Source of the DNA: a virus
DNA length: 64,000 nt
Reading direction: 5' to 3' (one strand)
IMG/VR virus record: IMGVR_UViG_3300025695_000006
Location: 1-64,000 of that record
Shown: positions 9,901 through 21,000 of the stretch, one piece after another
Layout of the letters: every line of letters starts with the position of its first letter
Numbering within the stretch: position 1 is the stretch's first letter
The notes under the pieces: model-generated
Databases searched by the model: none
What the model was told of the DNA's origin: nothing
What the model saw: the letters and a program-made list of their open reading frames with translations, nothing else
Translations under genes and position numbers: made by a program

Positions 9901-11902
9901 CGTAATATACTGGATCGTAAGGATTTAGATCTACTAAGAATGCTTTGTCGTTCGCGTTGATGTTAGCTGGGATAGTTCTTTTTTTCGTGAACTTATTAAT
10001 AGTTTCGCTAGGTATTCTAGGTCTATTTATTTCTGTATCTATGTTTTCGTATCTTTGGTAAAACTCCCTTGTGTTACCATACAATAACATATCATTTAAT
10101 ATAGTAGGTTCGTATTCAATGAAGTTCGAGTCCTCGTAATTTAACCCTTTAATGTAGGTAGACAAACTTTTATCATTATCACTTATAATCGTACTTACAA
10201 CATTTGTCTTTTTATATTCGTAATCATCTTTAGTGGTACTATCATTTAACTTTGTTTCTGTACCACTTGCCGTAAATAAATTATTAACTTCTAACCCACC
10301 TCCAGCTCCAGGGTATAAAACGAACACACCTTTGTCATCAACCTTACTTAACTTTCTTGATTTTAATGTGTTACTCTCCGTGTTCCACATATCGGTTAGG
10401 AATGTGGTTACTATTCTACTTATATCAGTATAATCACCAGATAAACCTATTATCTGTTTTTGTAAAGACAAACCTAAGTTGTTTATACTAGGTGTTTCTG
10501 TTGAGATCCCTATAAAAGAACTTTCGTCAACCAAATACTTTGATAGTATCCTATATTCTTTGTTTGGTCTATTAAAACCTTCGCTTGGCTCTGGTCCGTC
10601 TGGGGGATAAATAGAGTATAGTAATAAGGCAACGAAATCTGGTAAATCGTAACTCTCTTCGGTGTTTATAGCTGTCTCCTTAGCGTTCAGGTTATTTACT
10701 TCGCATAAAATTTTTAATAGGTCGTAAACTTCTGTCTGAGATGTTTTACCACTTAGGTAATTCACTTTTATTTTAGATAATATTAAGAAGAATTCTATTT
10801 TCTTCGTACTTTCTTTATCGGTAAATAAAAAATCATCGTCTAATTTTATTGAGCTGGTTAGATTACCAAACGACTCACTTAAATTAGATAAGTCGAAGTT
10901 AAAGTTAGGTGCGTGGCTAACATATGATGTCATGAAATTAACGTTTTGATCGTTATATGTTTTCATGGTTTTTAGTCTACCATTATAGTTACCTATTATA
11001 TGGTAGGGTATATTATCGGTATTAGGGTTGTTACTTTCTATCGACTCTTTGGGACTCCCATCTAAACCCTCGTCAAATAGAATGTATGACATTGTATTTA
11101 GGTAGTTATTAAGGACTCCGTAACCAGATACTGGTATATGTGAGGATATGTTATTACTAACACTATCCATCCTTGATGAATCGTAATTGTAGAACTCACT
11201 TCTATGATTTTTTGGTTTATTGGTTGTTTGATACCTATCAGGACCATTAACCATCTTATCTTCTATAGATTTGGGTGTTAATGGTCTTATGAATGGTATA
11301 GTTGAAGCAGATAACCCTAGATCGTTGTAAGCGTAAGAACCGTAATGTCTTAATGACACATCGTCATTGTCTAGTATGTCAGAACCGTTAATACCAGTTA
11401 ACCCATTTATTGTTTTAAAATTTATTGGTTGGTCAGGCTCTTTATAATAATAAGAATCGTACAGGGCACCTATTTTTAATACCATACTTATGGGTAGTTC
11501 GACAAGACCTTGTGTTGTCTTGAATAAATTAATTAGATCGTTAATAACTCCATAGTTTATTGAGTTTGGGTTAGATCTAGTGTGTAGTGATTGTATTAAT
11601 ATTTGAGCACTTTTTTCAAAAGACCCAGTCTTGTATTCATTCACTAAGTTTTGAGTGAATGTTGCGTGATTTACCGTAGGGTTATTTATACGCCGATATA
11701 GTAGATATAGTGGGGTGGCACCAGGATGTACACCGTTTATTAGAAGGGATTCGTCTTTGAAGGCCTGTGCGTAATCAGTAAAGGTTTTAAGTAATTTACC
11801 GCTTTGGGCTTCTGTGTAACTAAGATCCATTAAATCACTAATATTATCGTGATTTAAATTTAAATATCTGTCAGCTAAATATGTCTCTAAAATACTACTC
11901 AT
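6962..11902 (-). CDS. Large baseplate hub-like structural protein
   Basis: C-terminal SYSCTVTSLGNATIQPLSYFYLRNVPLFYGTYWITNVSHKITPNSMVTTFKGVRQ resembles the C-terminal barrel of gpD/gp27-type hubs; tail module context. Confidence 0.55.
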   Translation of the reverse strand: MSSILETYLADRYLNLNHDNISDLMDLSYTEAQSGKLLKTFTDYAQAFKDESLLINGVHPGATPLYLLYRRINNPTVNHATFTQNLVNEYKTGSFEKSAQILIQSLHTRSNPNSINYGVINDLINLFKTTQGLVELPISMVLKIGALYDSYYYKEPDQPINFKTINGLTGINGSDILDNDDVSLRHYGSYAYNDLGLSASTIPFIRPLTPKSIEDKMVNGPDRYQTTNKPKNHRSEFYNYDSSRMDSVSNNISSHIPVSGYGVLNNYLNTMSYILFDEGLDGSPKESIESNNPNTDNIPYHIIGNYNGRLKTMKTYNDQNVNFMTSYVSHAPNFNFDLSNLSESFGNLTSSIKLDDDFLFTDKESTKKIEFFLILSKIKVNYLSGKTSQTEVYDLLKILCEVNNLNAKETAINTEESYDLPDFVALLLYSIYPPDGPEPSEGFNRPNKEYRILSKYLVDESSFIGISTETPSINNLGLSLQKQIIGLSGDYTDISRIVTTFLTDMWNTESNTLKSRKLSKVDDKGVFVLYPGAGGGLEVNNLFTASGTETKLNDSTTKDDYEYKKTNVVSTIISDNDKSLSTYIKGLNYEDSNFIEYEPTILNDMLLYGNTREFYQRYENIDTEINRPRIPSETINKFTKKRTIPANINANDKAFLVDLNPYDPVYYEPKTPFSNPTTVKKINYLDRYDDVHIVANTTDPDAIHRLKFDNRTLILNSSRLLWFDQPTHTGRLTPSHIKYLIKSNEINGGGSYITLADTIETTNYLYDIDIYGDEFKNRFTENGFYNDLGNDLTFKNFPKGKGLYIPKTFKFVWREYNWDKGTNPLINFSDKAEYYETSSIKSMIDIFDIDKLEDFRTLYKQFSSNNTSEYFTKTFNSFNFKSLLKHLCIIGHENLPSILTLHGRTYEKNEISALLYGYTGHFIQFASTTGLSRLLNTSLTIAQESKASVVIDEFLNDKITVNNYSTMGPLNVENTRGNPTHIKINSFAFNPIIAYSSEEKSYNSIVKEVGDQLLFRTILFGDQDIQPYNQDTQDPSIIENLIDKYVYLDLYYSKFINPSLGTKNVITQLTKNFFTLLNIELNEGNLKLLLSYLRDYIGYTIPTSEYNVTRVYSLLREFKEVRQKLMASFRGNEGDQDTDIDDDYNRLVLGEIVNGVYETVSTKSYLINAVSDLDMGDKFDEWIKTFNEKTVNNTIKLFDSSMSHLHDTLTKIDQFVDSGENTYSDFKSGDEDVKAGTYYRIKTLYDKNVSFKNIDLKNTNLIKNGSAELANIDVNEILNQPLFYNFNVQSSDFCDEDSFGKYDEDRDIKTKRLKDLFDYTSVLDRGNNDYGSKVLVDISGLSAILGTNINSSMDVKKSTDKSMWSVLSMLASEHEFLLLPLTSYINLNGTNKNDESPYDLAHDMFGVFRDLEMWDSNPSFVFQLGSLTSEISRKGQKKKGMKQTFDPSNTFCLDIDPSQLDVDGNGRLLNEDVPSDISNSNITSFIVDFANQNQNMFKNIQISTDEFVNTEESIKTTVSLSDKSSGVVLSSGKLFSAMESRSYSCTVTSLGNATIQPLSYFYLRNVPLFYGTYWITNVSHKITPNSMVTTFKGVRQPIARKPNANNVVIKKLINSAFRSSQATGFTNRSDITPLPTTGIIYSDRGL

Positions 11903-14757
11903 TATAAATTTATTTTACTGTATCTAACCCCACTATTATTTTTTTTAGATTGGTCCAATCCTAACATGTTGTCTGTTTTTATTGATAACGCTAACGCATT
12001 TGAGTTTTTATCATTAGAAGCAACTTTATTATTTATAGTATAATTTCCTGTAACCTCAAAAAACTTCGGATATTTTTTTGGTTGGTCTCTATAATAACCT
12101 AATGGTGTCACCTTGCTAACTGAGTTCTTTAATTTGTCGTTAAGTTTATTGAGTGAAACGGAGTAACCCTCGTACTCATCATGATAATCTAATCCTTTAA
12201 AAAATAAAGAGTTTATCCCAGATAAACCACTACTACTTTTTAAGTTTTTGTAATTAAGTGGTTCGTAATCGTATAACCTTTTAAATTCGTTTAAATTAAC
12301 AGCCTCACCTATTCTACCTTCTATCTTATTATATAGTGTTCTAATTTCTTCAGTATCGTAAGTTGTGTAAGGTTTTATGGATTCTTTAATAGCTTTTATG
12401 TGTTCGTTAGATTGATTTATTATTCCGATGTAGTTATTGTTATTACCTCTTTTAGTCACACGGATTTTACAAAAATATTTATATCCTTCCTCACTATCTG
12501 CATCATTTATCGAATATATATCGTTAAGGTATTGTTCACGACTTTCTTTAGACGCGATAGCTACTCTCCTTTCTATAAGATCGTACTCGTGATCAACCAT
12601 TATCTTACTTATACCATCTATATCAACATCACTAACATTTGTGTTTAGAAAACCTAGGTTTGAAAACATTGTTATCTTTTGGAACATCTCGTAATAGGAT
12701 TCCGACCCTGTTTGTTTTATGTTATAGTAGTCTAGATTGTTTTCAACTAACAGTGTCGATAATAACCCGAATTTTCTATCAGACTCTACATTTGTGACTT
12801 TAGGTATACTATCTTTATATTCGTAGCTATCTAAAGAATCGCTATCCATTCCTGATATCTCTTTTAATCTATCTAGTGCTCTGAATATTTCTTCTACGAA
12901 TTGGACTTCGAACCATTCCTTTGTGTCGGTATTACCAGGATACCTTTTTTGTATTAAGGTATCTTCTGTTTCGGTATTGTATTTTTTCTCGTAAAAATTT
13001 GGGAACGGATAATACCCACCGTTTATAGTTTCACCAAATTTGTTTTGTAACTCTCTTCTGTAATAATCGTCTTCTAGTTGTTTGGCCGAGTTTAGACCAA
13101 CCAAATTTAACATAGATAAAAACGCTTGCATGTTGTTCATTAGTATTCTAATGACATTTGACATATTAGGTACATAACCTATCTTTTCTTTTAAATTAAG
13201 TGTGAAGTTATCGACCTTTGTTGTTTCTAATTTTTGGTAAAATTCATTTAGAGTCTTTGTTAGTAAATTATGTAGTTCTTTGAAGTGTTTAAATGTATAA
13301 TATACTTTACGTAAAGATTCCTCTGTTTTTGTGGTTGTTAGGTTGTAACCAAATAACTCGTCATTAATTAACGTATAACCAAGTGAATCGGTACCATTTT
13401 TTCTTTGTGTTACCTCGTTGATGTACTTTGATGGGAATATAGCATTTTCATTTTTTAACACTTTATCTAAAATAGATTCTTTAACCTCTTGATCTAAATC
13501 ATTTTCTATACTACTTATAGCTTGTATATAGTTATATATCTCAGAAAAAATACCGTTTAAATCATATATGGTGTGTAGTGTATCCCCCCCACCAATTATT
13601 TCGTTTATGAAGTCTAATCTTAAATAAAAAAGTGGTGATTCGTTGTCTTCTGTGTTTGGTTTTATGGTGTATTCTTCAGTATTACCACCATAATCCCCAG
13701 ACTCTATATCTTTAATTCTTAGATAACTAAACTGTTCGCTTAAAGCTAAGGATAGAGATGTACTTTTAATTGAATTTTCTTTTATTACACTTAATTCGTT
13801 AGCTAAGCTTAATGAATTATAATCTAAAGCATCTTTAGCTCTAGATAAATCCTGTATTGAAGGGTATTTAGTAAATTCGTATTTTTTATACTCAAGACTA
13901 TCTTTACCATACAGTTTTTCATAATTTTTGTTTTGTTTTTGATAAAGTCCTTTGAGTATCCTTTTACCCAGGTAATCGTTATTAGTCCCATTTTTAAGGT
14001 ACATATATGGTGCTACCTGAGCATAAGCCATTAAGAAATTGTTATATACAGAAAAAGTTCTGGATAAGAATTCGGCTTTTATTACATAATTACCGCTGGT
14101 TGAGTCAAATGTTGTTGAAGTTTTTGTCATTGATAGAGGGTACTCTATCGCTTTACCGTAATACCCTTTAATAGTTAACGTAAAAATAGGGTACGGGAAT
14201 CTGTAAAATATGTTATAAGGGTTAGTATCATCATCACCCCTTTCTAAAAGGGTACGACCTTGCACATCAATAAACTCGACTTTTATTATGGGTACTAAGC
14301 TAGCGTTGTGGGTTACATCTATGTTTGATATACCAAAAGTTTCTGGATCATAGAAACTATCTTTGTTTTCGTTTGAGGTGAAATACTCTGACCATCCAGT
14401 GGTAAATTTGTTTTTAAACCCATCAAAGTTAATATCTCCATTTGGACCTTTTTTGGAAGTTTGTAATGGGTTGAGGAAATTAACCCCTACCTTACCTATA
14501 GTTATCGTTTCTTGGTTTGCACCATCGTTATCTATTATCGAACTATCTGGGTTTAGTCTAGCTGTAATATTCGCATACATCACTAGGTCCTCTTGTTTTA
14601 CATACCTAGGTTTAATAGCGTTTTCTGAATCTACTAACCTGTTAGGGTCTACAACAAATATACCGTTAACTTTTTCGTCAGGTTCACTTGGGTTTATAGA
14701 CTTTTTATCCCTCTTACCGAAACTGGATAATATTTTTTCATCGTAATTACTCGCCAT
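11902..14757 (-). CDS. Large baseplate structural protein (hub N-terminal-like)
   Basis: FGISNIDVT...PIIKVEFIDVQGRTL...YPIFTLTIKGYYGK beta-rich N-domain; TAATG coupling to the downstream gene. Confidence 0.5.
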   Translation of the reverse strand: MASNYDEKILSSFGKRDKKSINPSEPDEKVNGIFVVDPNRLVDSENAIKPRYVKQEDLVMYANITARLNPDSSIIDNDGANQETITIGKVGVNFLNPLQTSKKGPNGDINFDGFKNKFTTGWSEYFTSNENKDSFYDPETFGISNIDVTHNASLVPIIKVEFIDVQGRTLLERGDDDTNPYNIFYRFPYPIFTLTIKGYYGKAIEYPLSMTKTSTTFDSTSGNYVIKAEFLSRTFSVYNNFLMAYAQVAPYMYLKNGTNNDYLGKRILKGLYQKQNKNYEKLYGKDSLEYKKYEFTKYPSIQDLSRAKDALDYNSLSLANELSVIKENSIKSTSLSLALSEQFSYLRIKDIESGDYGGNTEEYTIKPNTEDNESPLFYLRLDFINEIIGGGDTLHTIYDLNGIFSEIYNYIQAISSIENDLDQEVKESILDKVLKNENAIFPSKYINEVTQRKNGTDSLGYTLINDELFGYNLTTTKTEESLRKVYYTFKHFKELHNLLTKTLNEFYQKLETTKVDNFTLNLKEKIGYVPNMSNVIRILMNNMQAFLSMLNLVGLNSAKQLEDDYYRRELQNKFGETINGGYYPFPNFYEKKYNTETEDTLIQKRYPGNTDTKEWFEVQFVEEIFRALDRLKEISGMDSDSLDSYEYKDSIPKVTNVESDRKFGLLSTLLVENNLDYYNIKQTGSESYYEMFQKITMFSNLGFLNTNVSDVDIDGISKIMVDHEYDLIERRVAIASKESREQYLNDIYSINDADSEEGYKYFCKIRVTKRGNNNNYIGIINQSNEHIKAIKESIKPYTTYDTEEIRTLYNKIEGRIGEAVNLNEFKRLYDYEPLNYKNLKSSSGLSGINSLFFKGLDYHDEYEGYSVSLNKLNDKLKNSVSKVTPLGYYRDQPKKYPKFFEVTGNYTINNKVASNDKNSNALALSIKTDNMLGLDQSKKNNSGVRYSKINL

Positions 14758-15070
14758 AATAATCTATCCTATTTTGTAGCTTGGTCTCGTACTCGTTTAG
14801 TGTTTGAGATAAAGGGTAAGGTATTCTTATTGTTGTGTTATTAGGTATCTCCCATTCTGATGATGCCACGTCTGTGTTGGCCATTAATATTAACCAACCA
14901 TAATATGGTGCTGAGTAATATTCTTGACTTAGTTTATCTAGACGTGATTTACCACTTTCATATACCGTAAAAAGATCCGTAGATTTTTCAGTTAATTTTA
15001 TGAACGGTGTTGACACCCTTTTCTCGTCTGAGATTAGCGTCTTGTATCTATTGAAATAATTTAATGCCAT
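14747..15070 (-). CDS. LysM-like baseplate wedge protein (T4 gp53 / P2 gpX-like)
   Basis: SRLDKLSQEYYSAPYYGWLILMAN...IPNNTTIRIP. Confidence 0.75.
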   Translation of the reverse strand: MALNYFNRYKTLISDEKRVSTPFIKLTEKSTDLFTVYESGKSRLDKLSQEYYSAPYYGWLILMANTDVASSEWEIPNNTTIRIPYPLSQTLNEYETKLQNRIDYYGE

Positions 15071-15090
15071 GAGTACTATATATTAATTTA

Positions 15091-18000
15091 TTACCCCTCT
15101 GATTCATCTTCCTCAGGTTTTTTATACACTTCGGGGTATTTCTCTACCAACTGATTTAATTTCGTTGTCTTTTCTTTTATTTCTTCCTTAGGTTCTAAAG
15201 TAGAAGTTGAGTTAATAATAAGCTTTTCTTTGTGATTTGTAAAGATATCTAAGTTTTTAACTATGGTCGGATCTAGTTTACTAGTTTCTCTCATTAGAAG
15301 TGTATAGTCTTCGGTACCACCTTTAGTTAGTTTATTATTAATCTCACCTGCCGTAATTAGTGTTGTTGAAGTATTTTCGAATAGGTTTTCATTTATGTTT
15401 TTACATGTTTTTTCTATTGACTCATTGTTGTAGTTAAATAAGTTTGTCATATCTTCTTTACTAGCATCTATGAATTTACCGAATAGGTTAAACGTATCGT
15501 CCAATGTCTTTCTAATCCTCTTCTTTTTTCGTTCTATATAAGTTCTGCTTTTCTTAACATTACTTTTTATGTTCGTTGGTACTGATGGGTCGCTAAATAT
15601 GGCGTCTAACGCTTCTGTGTGTCTAGCTTTGTTTTTAAATAGCTCGTGTATGAATTCTAAGAATACAGTTTCTAGCATTGCAGACATTTTAATTGTGTTA
15701 CCTGACCCTATTTCACCAACGATATTTAAGTATATTTCTTTTTTATTGGCTTCTGGTAATGCGGATACGAAGGCATCGTTTACAACAAATTCATAAACTA
15801 TCTTTTTATTTAAAGAATCTAATGTATCCCCTAATTCTGAACTAACATCGTTAAACATATAATAATTTAAATCCGTTAATCTTTCACTAGGTTTTTTGTT
15901 ATCACCGTAATAGAATAGTAGTTTACTCATTTCTGTTGTACCAGATGTTGTACCAGATGTTGTACCAGATGTTGCACCAGATGTTGCACCAGTAATAGTA
16001 AAATCATTTAATTGTTCGTTAAATTCGTATTCTGGTGTATATGTTAAATCTAGGTCTTTAAGTCTGGATTCTAACTCGTCAGACATCATTAAGTCTATCG
16101 TTTTATTACTGAAGTCAAATAATTCGTAATTTAGTTTCTCCCAAACGTATTTCATTTTATAGTCACCAGTTTTAAACGAATTATCACTAACGCTAATTAC
16201 ATCACCTTGTGGGTTTCTCATTACTAAGTCGTTAGCTGTAGTTTCTTTAGTTGTGCTAGTACCGTATTGACCAGGGTTAAAAGAAAATGGTGTGTCGAAA
16301 AAATAACTTTTACCACTATTCTTTATATCAGTTCTGCTAGATAGTTCTATTGATTTAGGTAAGTAGTTCTCAAAATTGTATTGGTATGGTAAAGAAAATC
16401 TATCATCGTAACCAAACTCTTTAGATATACGATCCATATTCCTTTCGTACTCGACTTCGGTCCACGTATAATCATCAAAGTAATCTGATGATGAGTAACT
16501 ATTTACTTGTTGTTTAAAGAAGTATAGCCCGTTACCTAGTGATAAATAATCCTCTAATCTTAGTGTTGATCCGCTATTCCAATTTAGTTCAGCAGCTCTT
16601 TTGTATAGGTTATCCACTTCGTAGAATTTAAGTTTTTCGGCACCAAAATAACCTAGCGTTTTGTATTCTGTGTAAGGGTCGTAACCAAATATTTCTTCTG
16701 ACCCAGTGTTTAGTTCCTTTCCGTTTGGTATAACTTCATATAGCTGGTTTCTACCGTCTTTGGTTTTTCTTACATCATACCCGTATGTTGGTAGTGATAG
16801 ACCAGCTATTATTACCCCCATTTTAGCAACTTTATCCTTTACATACTTATTATTCTCTTCTATGTGTTTTGTTAACATAGAGTAGTAATTATTAAACTCA
16901 TTATTCAAGTAACTTCTAAACGCTATACGATGGCTATCATCTAGATCCGTATAGAAGTTATTAAAAGTATTTAATGATGGTTCCAAATTTTTGTCCCATA
17001 TAGCTAAAGTATTTAACGCTATTTTTGTCTTAAACTCTTTAGCGAAATTATCCATTATATCTTTATATATTTTATTGGATATCGTAGTTTCTTTAAAGTA
17101 TATCCCTCCAGTTTCAGAATATGCATCTGACCTATTGTTTGTGTAACCATTAGTTAGGTTTCCTGGGTGGAATTTGGTGCTAGAACCGTTGTCACCTAAT
17201 GCTTCAGAACTTTTTGCTGTAAAATTGTAAGGTAAACCTAAACCATCACCCACCTTAAACATGTATTCTTGTGGGTGTAAATGTAGTTTCAACGCCTCGA
17301 ATTTATAGACGCCCTTAAAGTAATTATCTTTTTGTTTGTTGAATAGGTTACCTAATTCAATATACCTTTTGCTCTTCGCTATATTGTTAAATATTTCAGC
17401 ATAAGTAACCCCGTCATTTAAAGTATCACCACTAACCCTATTAATTGAATCTGATGTACTATCTTCTTCTGAAGTACTTGAGCTATAAATAATAGAGTTA
17501 ATTATATCCTCTTTATTTTCAGATATTTTTGATTGGTAATTTTTACCGTTTAACATATCTACTAATACTCTGTAAGGTTTACTTTCAGAGGAAATAGGTG
17601 ATTCCTGTTTAAAATCAACTAAAGAGAAGCCATCTTCTTTTACGGTTAGTTCTGTCGCAGAGCCTAAAACTAGTGAATTAGTATATTCACCGAATGTTTG
17701 GTATAGCTCTGAGAATAGACCATCGTACTTTATCTCGTACCTTTGCATGTAGTTTCTACCGTACTCTTCTCTAAAAGAGAATTCACCGAAATTAGAGTGA
17801 TCTATTTCAGTCCAATATTTAGTGTTTGTTGGGTCAGGATTACTTGGTTCGGTACTATCAACTATTTTTATGTTATTTCTAACGTAGTATTGACCTTGCC
17901 ATATAACACAAGACTCTTCGTTATAAGAAGTTACTGAAGGGTCATATGCTTGAGCCCTAATTAAATCATTATAATATGTACCACCAGCTAATTTAGGTAG

Positions 18001-21000
18001 TAATCTTTTACTTATAACACCTATAGTACCTACTGGTATTTCTAAGTTTTCAGTAGATGGTGTTATTAATTCAGCTTTTTTAACTATAGGTATTAAATCT
18101 AAACTATTTTGAGCGAAGAAATCCTCCTCTAAATTAATTAAGTCTCTTTCTCTTTGGTCTGTGTTAGCGAATGTTCTTTCATCGTATACATCTGTATTGG
18201 CGTAATAGTTGAAAGATAGTGCTGTTTGTAATTCATCAACATATCTCCTTAACCCTTGTCCACCTATGTATTTGAAATTAACGCTTACTTTGGCGATCAT
18301 TGGTTGTACACCTATACCTTCTGGATTTAAGTCGAATACTAAAGGGTCGTAGCTTATGTTTAAATTGTTTAGTATTATTTTAGTATGGTAGAAATCACCT
18401 ATTCTTAAGACACAGACTGGTGGTCTACCGAAACTAGTGTTTTTAGCGTCACAACTGTAGTTACCTTTAGGTTTTTGTATAGTTTCTCCTGGCCTCATAC
18501 ATTGTTGTAAGAACGTTAACCTAGCATTTAACCCTTCTGGTGTCATAGAGTGAAATGCTGGTGTGAAGTATTTTAATTTTTGTTTTAAACTATCGTATAC
18601 AATAGGCGCTTCTTCTGATAAGAATTCGAAATAATCACATTCCGTTAATAGTTTACCTAATATTCTTTGAGCTATTTCTCTTTTAGTTACGTTAGTTTGT
18701 ACATTTTTAGCCTCAGTAACCAGTGGTGGTTTTTCTTTTGAGGGTAGAGTTCTTTCTATTTTAATATTTCGTTTTCGTAACTCAGTACTGATACCCACTC
18801 TTCTACAAAAAGATGCTTGTGGTGATAAATTACCACATATAAGGTCAGCTTCTGTAAGTGGTACCCTTATTTGTTTACCGTTAGCACCGTTTTTTATATT
18901 AAGTAAAGTACCAATAAATTGCTTATCTATAGTTACACCTTCTACTTTAAACCCACCCTCTGTTATTTTGTCATAGTCATCATAGGTACCAACCATATAA
19001 TAAGTGTCGTTAGAACCGTAAGCAACTTTGTAGTATGGTACGCCGTTGTATGTGCTTGGTTTACCGAAATTAGAGATAAATTCTTCACCTGTAAATACGT
19101 CTTCCGCGGTTAAACCTAAACCTGAATTACTTGTGTCTAGGAAGAAAATTATTTCTTGTTTTGATACTAATTGGTTTGTGTCTTGCCTGTATATTATAAC
19201 GTAGTTAGTACTTTCTATTTCGGTAAATAAACTATCTACATTAGATTTGGTTATTTTCACCCCTTCGCTATTACTACATATTATTCTTTCGTTACTTAAC
19301 ACGTCTGTTATAAACCATTTTATTACAGAAACGAATCTTCTAGAAGCTAATTTATCGTTATAATCCTTTATTTTAGTTATTGATTGACCTGGTGCTGAAG
19401 GTGATGCGTGAGCTACTACATTTATTTGCATGTTATAATCTTTAACATTATCAAATGATTCTGCTGCTAGGTTAGAGTTTTCACTTTTTATCGACTCATA
19501 TTGTTCTTGATAACCGTAAGATATCTTTCTGTATGTCTCTCTATCTTTTTCGAAAAAATATTTTGATCCTTCTATCGCTTTTAAACCTATAGTTTGGTCG
19601 TATCTAACCCAATTTTCTTCTTTTGCGATTACTTGTGATCCACCCGCTTTAGCTCTTTCGTACCTATGATTTTGTTGGTAGATAGGGTCTGTAGTATCTT
19701 TCATTTTAGCTAAACCACTATACACTTCGAAATACTCGTCATAACCTTTAACCTCGAAAGTTTCCTCCTTATATTTTCTTAAAGGTATGTCATTTTCAAA
19801 GAAAAGGTTATATTTAGGTACTATAGGGGTTTCAACTTCTGTACCTTCTATGTCTACTGCGGTGCTTTGGAATGAACCACTACTTTCAACTGATTTCCTT
19901 ATTTTATCATTAGGTAACCTAACGTCTAGGTCACTAATAACTTTCTTAAAGTATTCTATGTCAGAGTCTGTGAACACACCCCATATTCTGGCTAATTCAA
20001 ATATATCGTACTCCAAACAACCAGCCCAAAAAGCTGCTAATAATTCGTCTACCTCTCCATCTGTTATAGAAGCAAATTCTTTTGATACTAATAGGTTTAG
20101 TATTGATGGGTGATCGACAACAATATCCCATGATAACGTACCACTTCTTTCGGTGTTATTGTATGTATATATTGGTTCTGGTCTACCTAAGAACTGGTGT
20201 GATGTCCAGTTTGTATTAGTATCATCCGTAAAACGCATATTGTAAGGTGGGAACCACATTATTCTACCTCCGTTTGAACCTTTTTCGCATGGTGGTAAGT
20301 CTGTGAATGGTTGTGAGTCTCGCCAAGCTAAATTCTCTAAAGAAAACATGTATTTTCTGGCTCTCTTTTCCCCAAATCCTTCTACTACAGCATCACCTAA
20401 TCCATCACCTAGTCTACCGTAACCTTCATTTACGTTTAGTGCTGAAGGGTGTATGTTTAGGTTACCATATCTATCCAGTACTGAATTCCTTTCTTTTCTA
20501 TTCAATTCTTTCCATCTGATTAGGTCGGTTACTTTTGAAAATGGTTTTGCTTTCGTCCATGTTCTACATAACTCAACTTCATCGTATAGTTTTTTATCAA
20601 CCCTGTTACCAGCAGCGTCTAACCCTGGTACTAAATAGTCGTAACCTATAACCTCTTCATTTTTATTGAGTCTAGGTGTCTTAAATGGTGATATAACACC
20701 ACTACCTTTTGCCGAGAAATTATACCCGTCATAAAACTTCGTTTTAGTTTGGTCTATGGATCTTGAAACAACGTTTACATCACTGTTGTTTAGTAGCTCT
20801 TGGGTTTTAGCCATTATAGAGGATCCTCTGAATTGTTTAAATTTTGATAAATTTTCGTTTTCTAAACTTTCATCCCAGTTAAAATCTTGACTACCCGCAC
20901 CGCTAGATCCGCCATCAAAGAATCCACCTAGTGTAGGGTCCCAATATTTTTCTCTTGTTGTACCTCTCCATATAAAAGAGGTTTGTTTTGACCCGTATTT

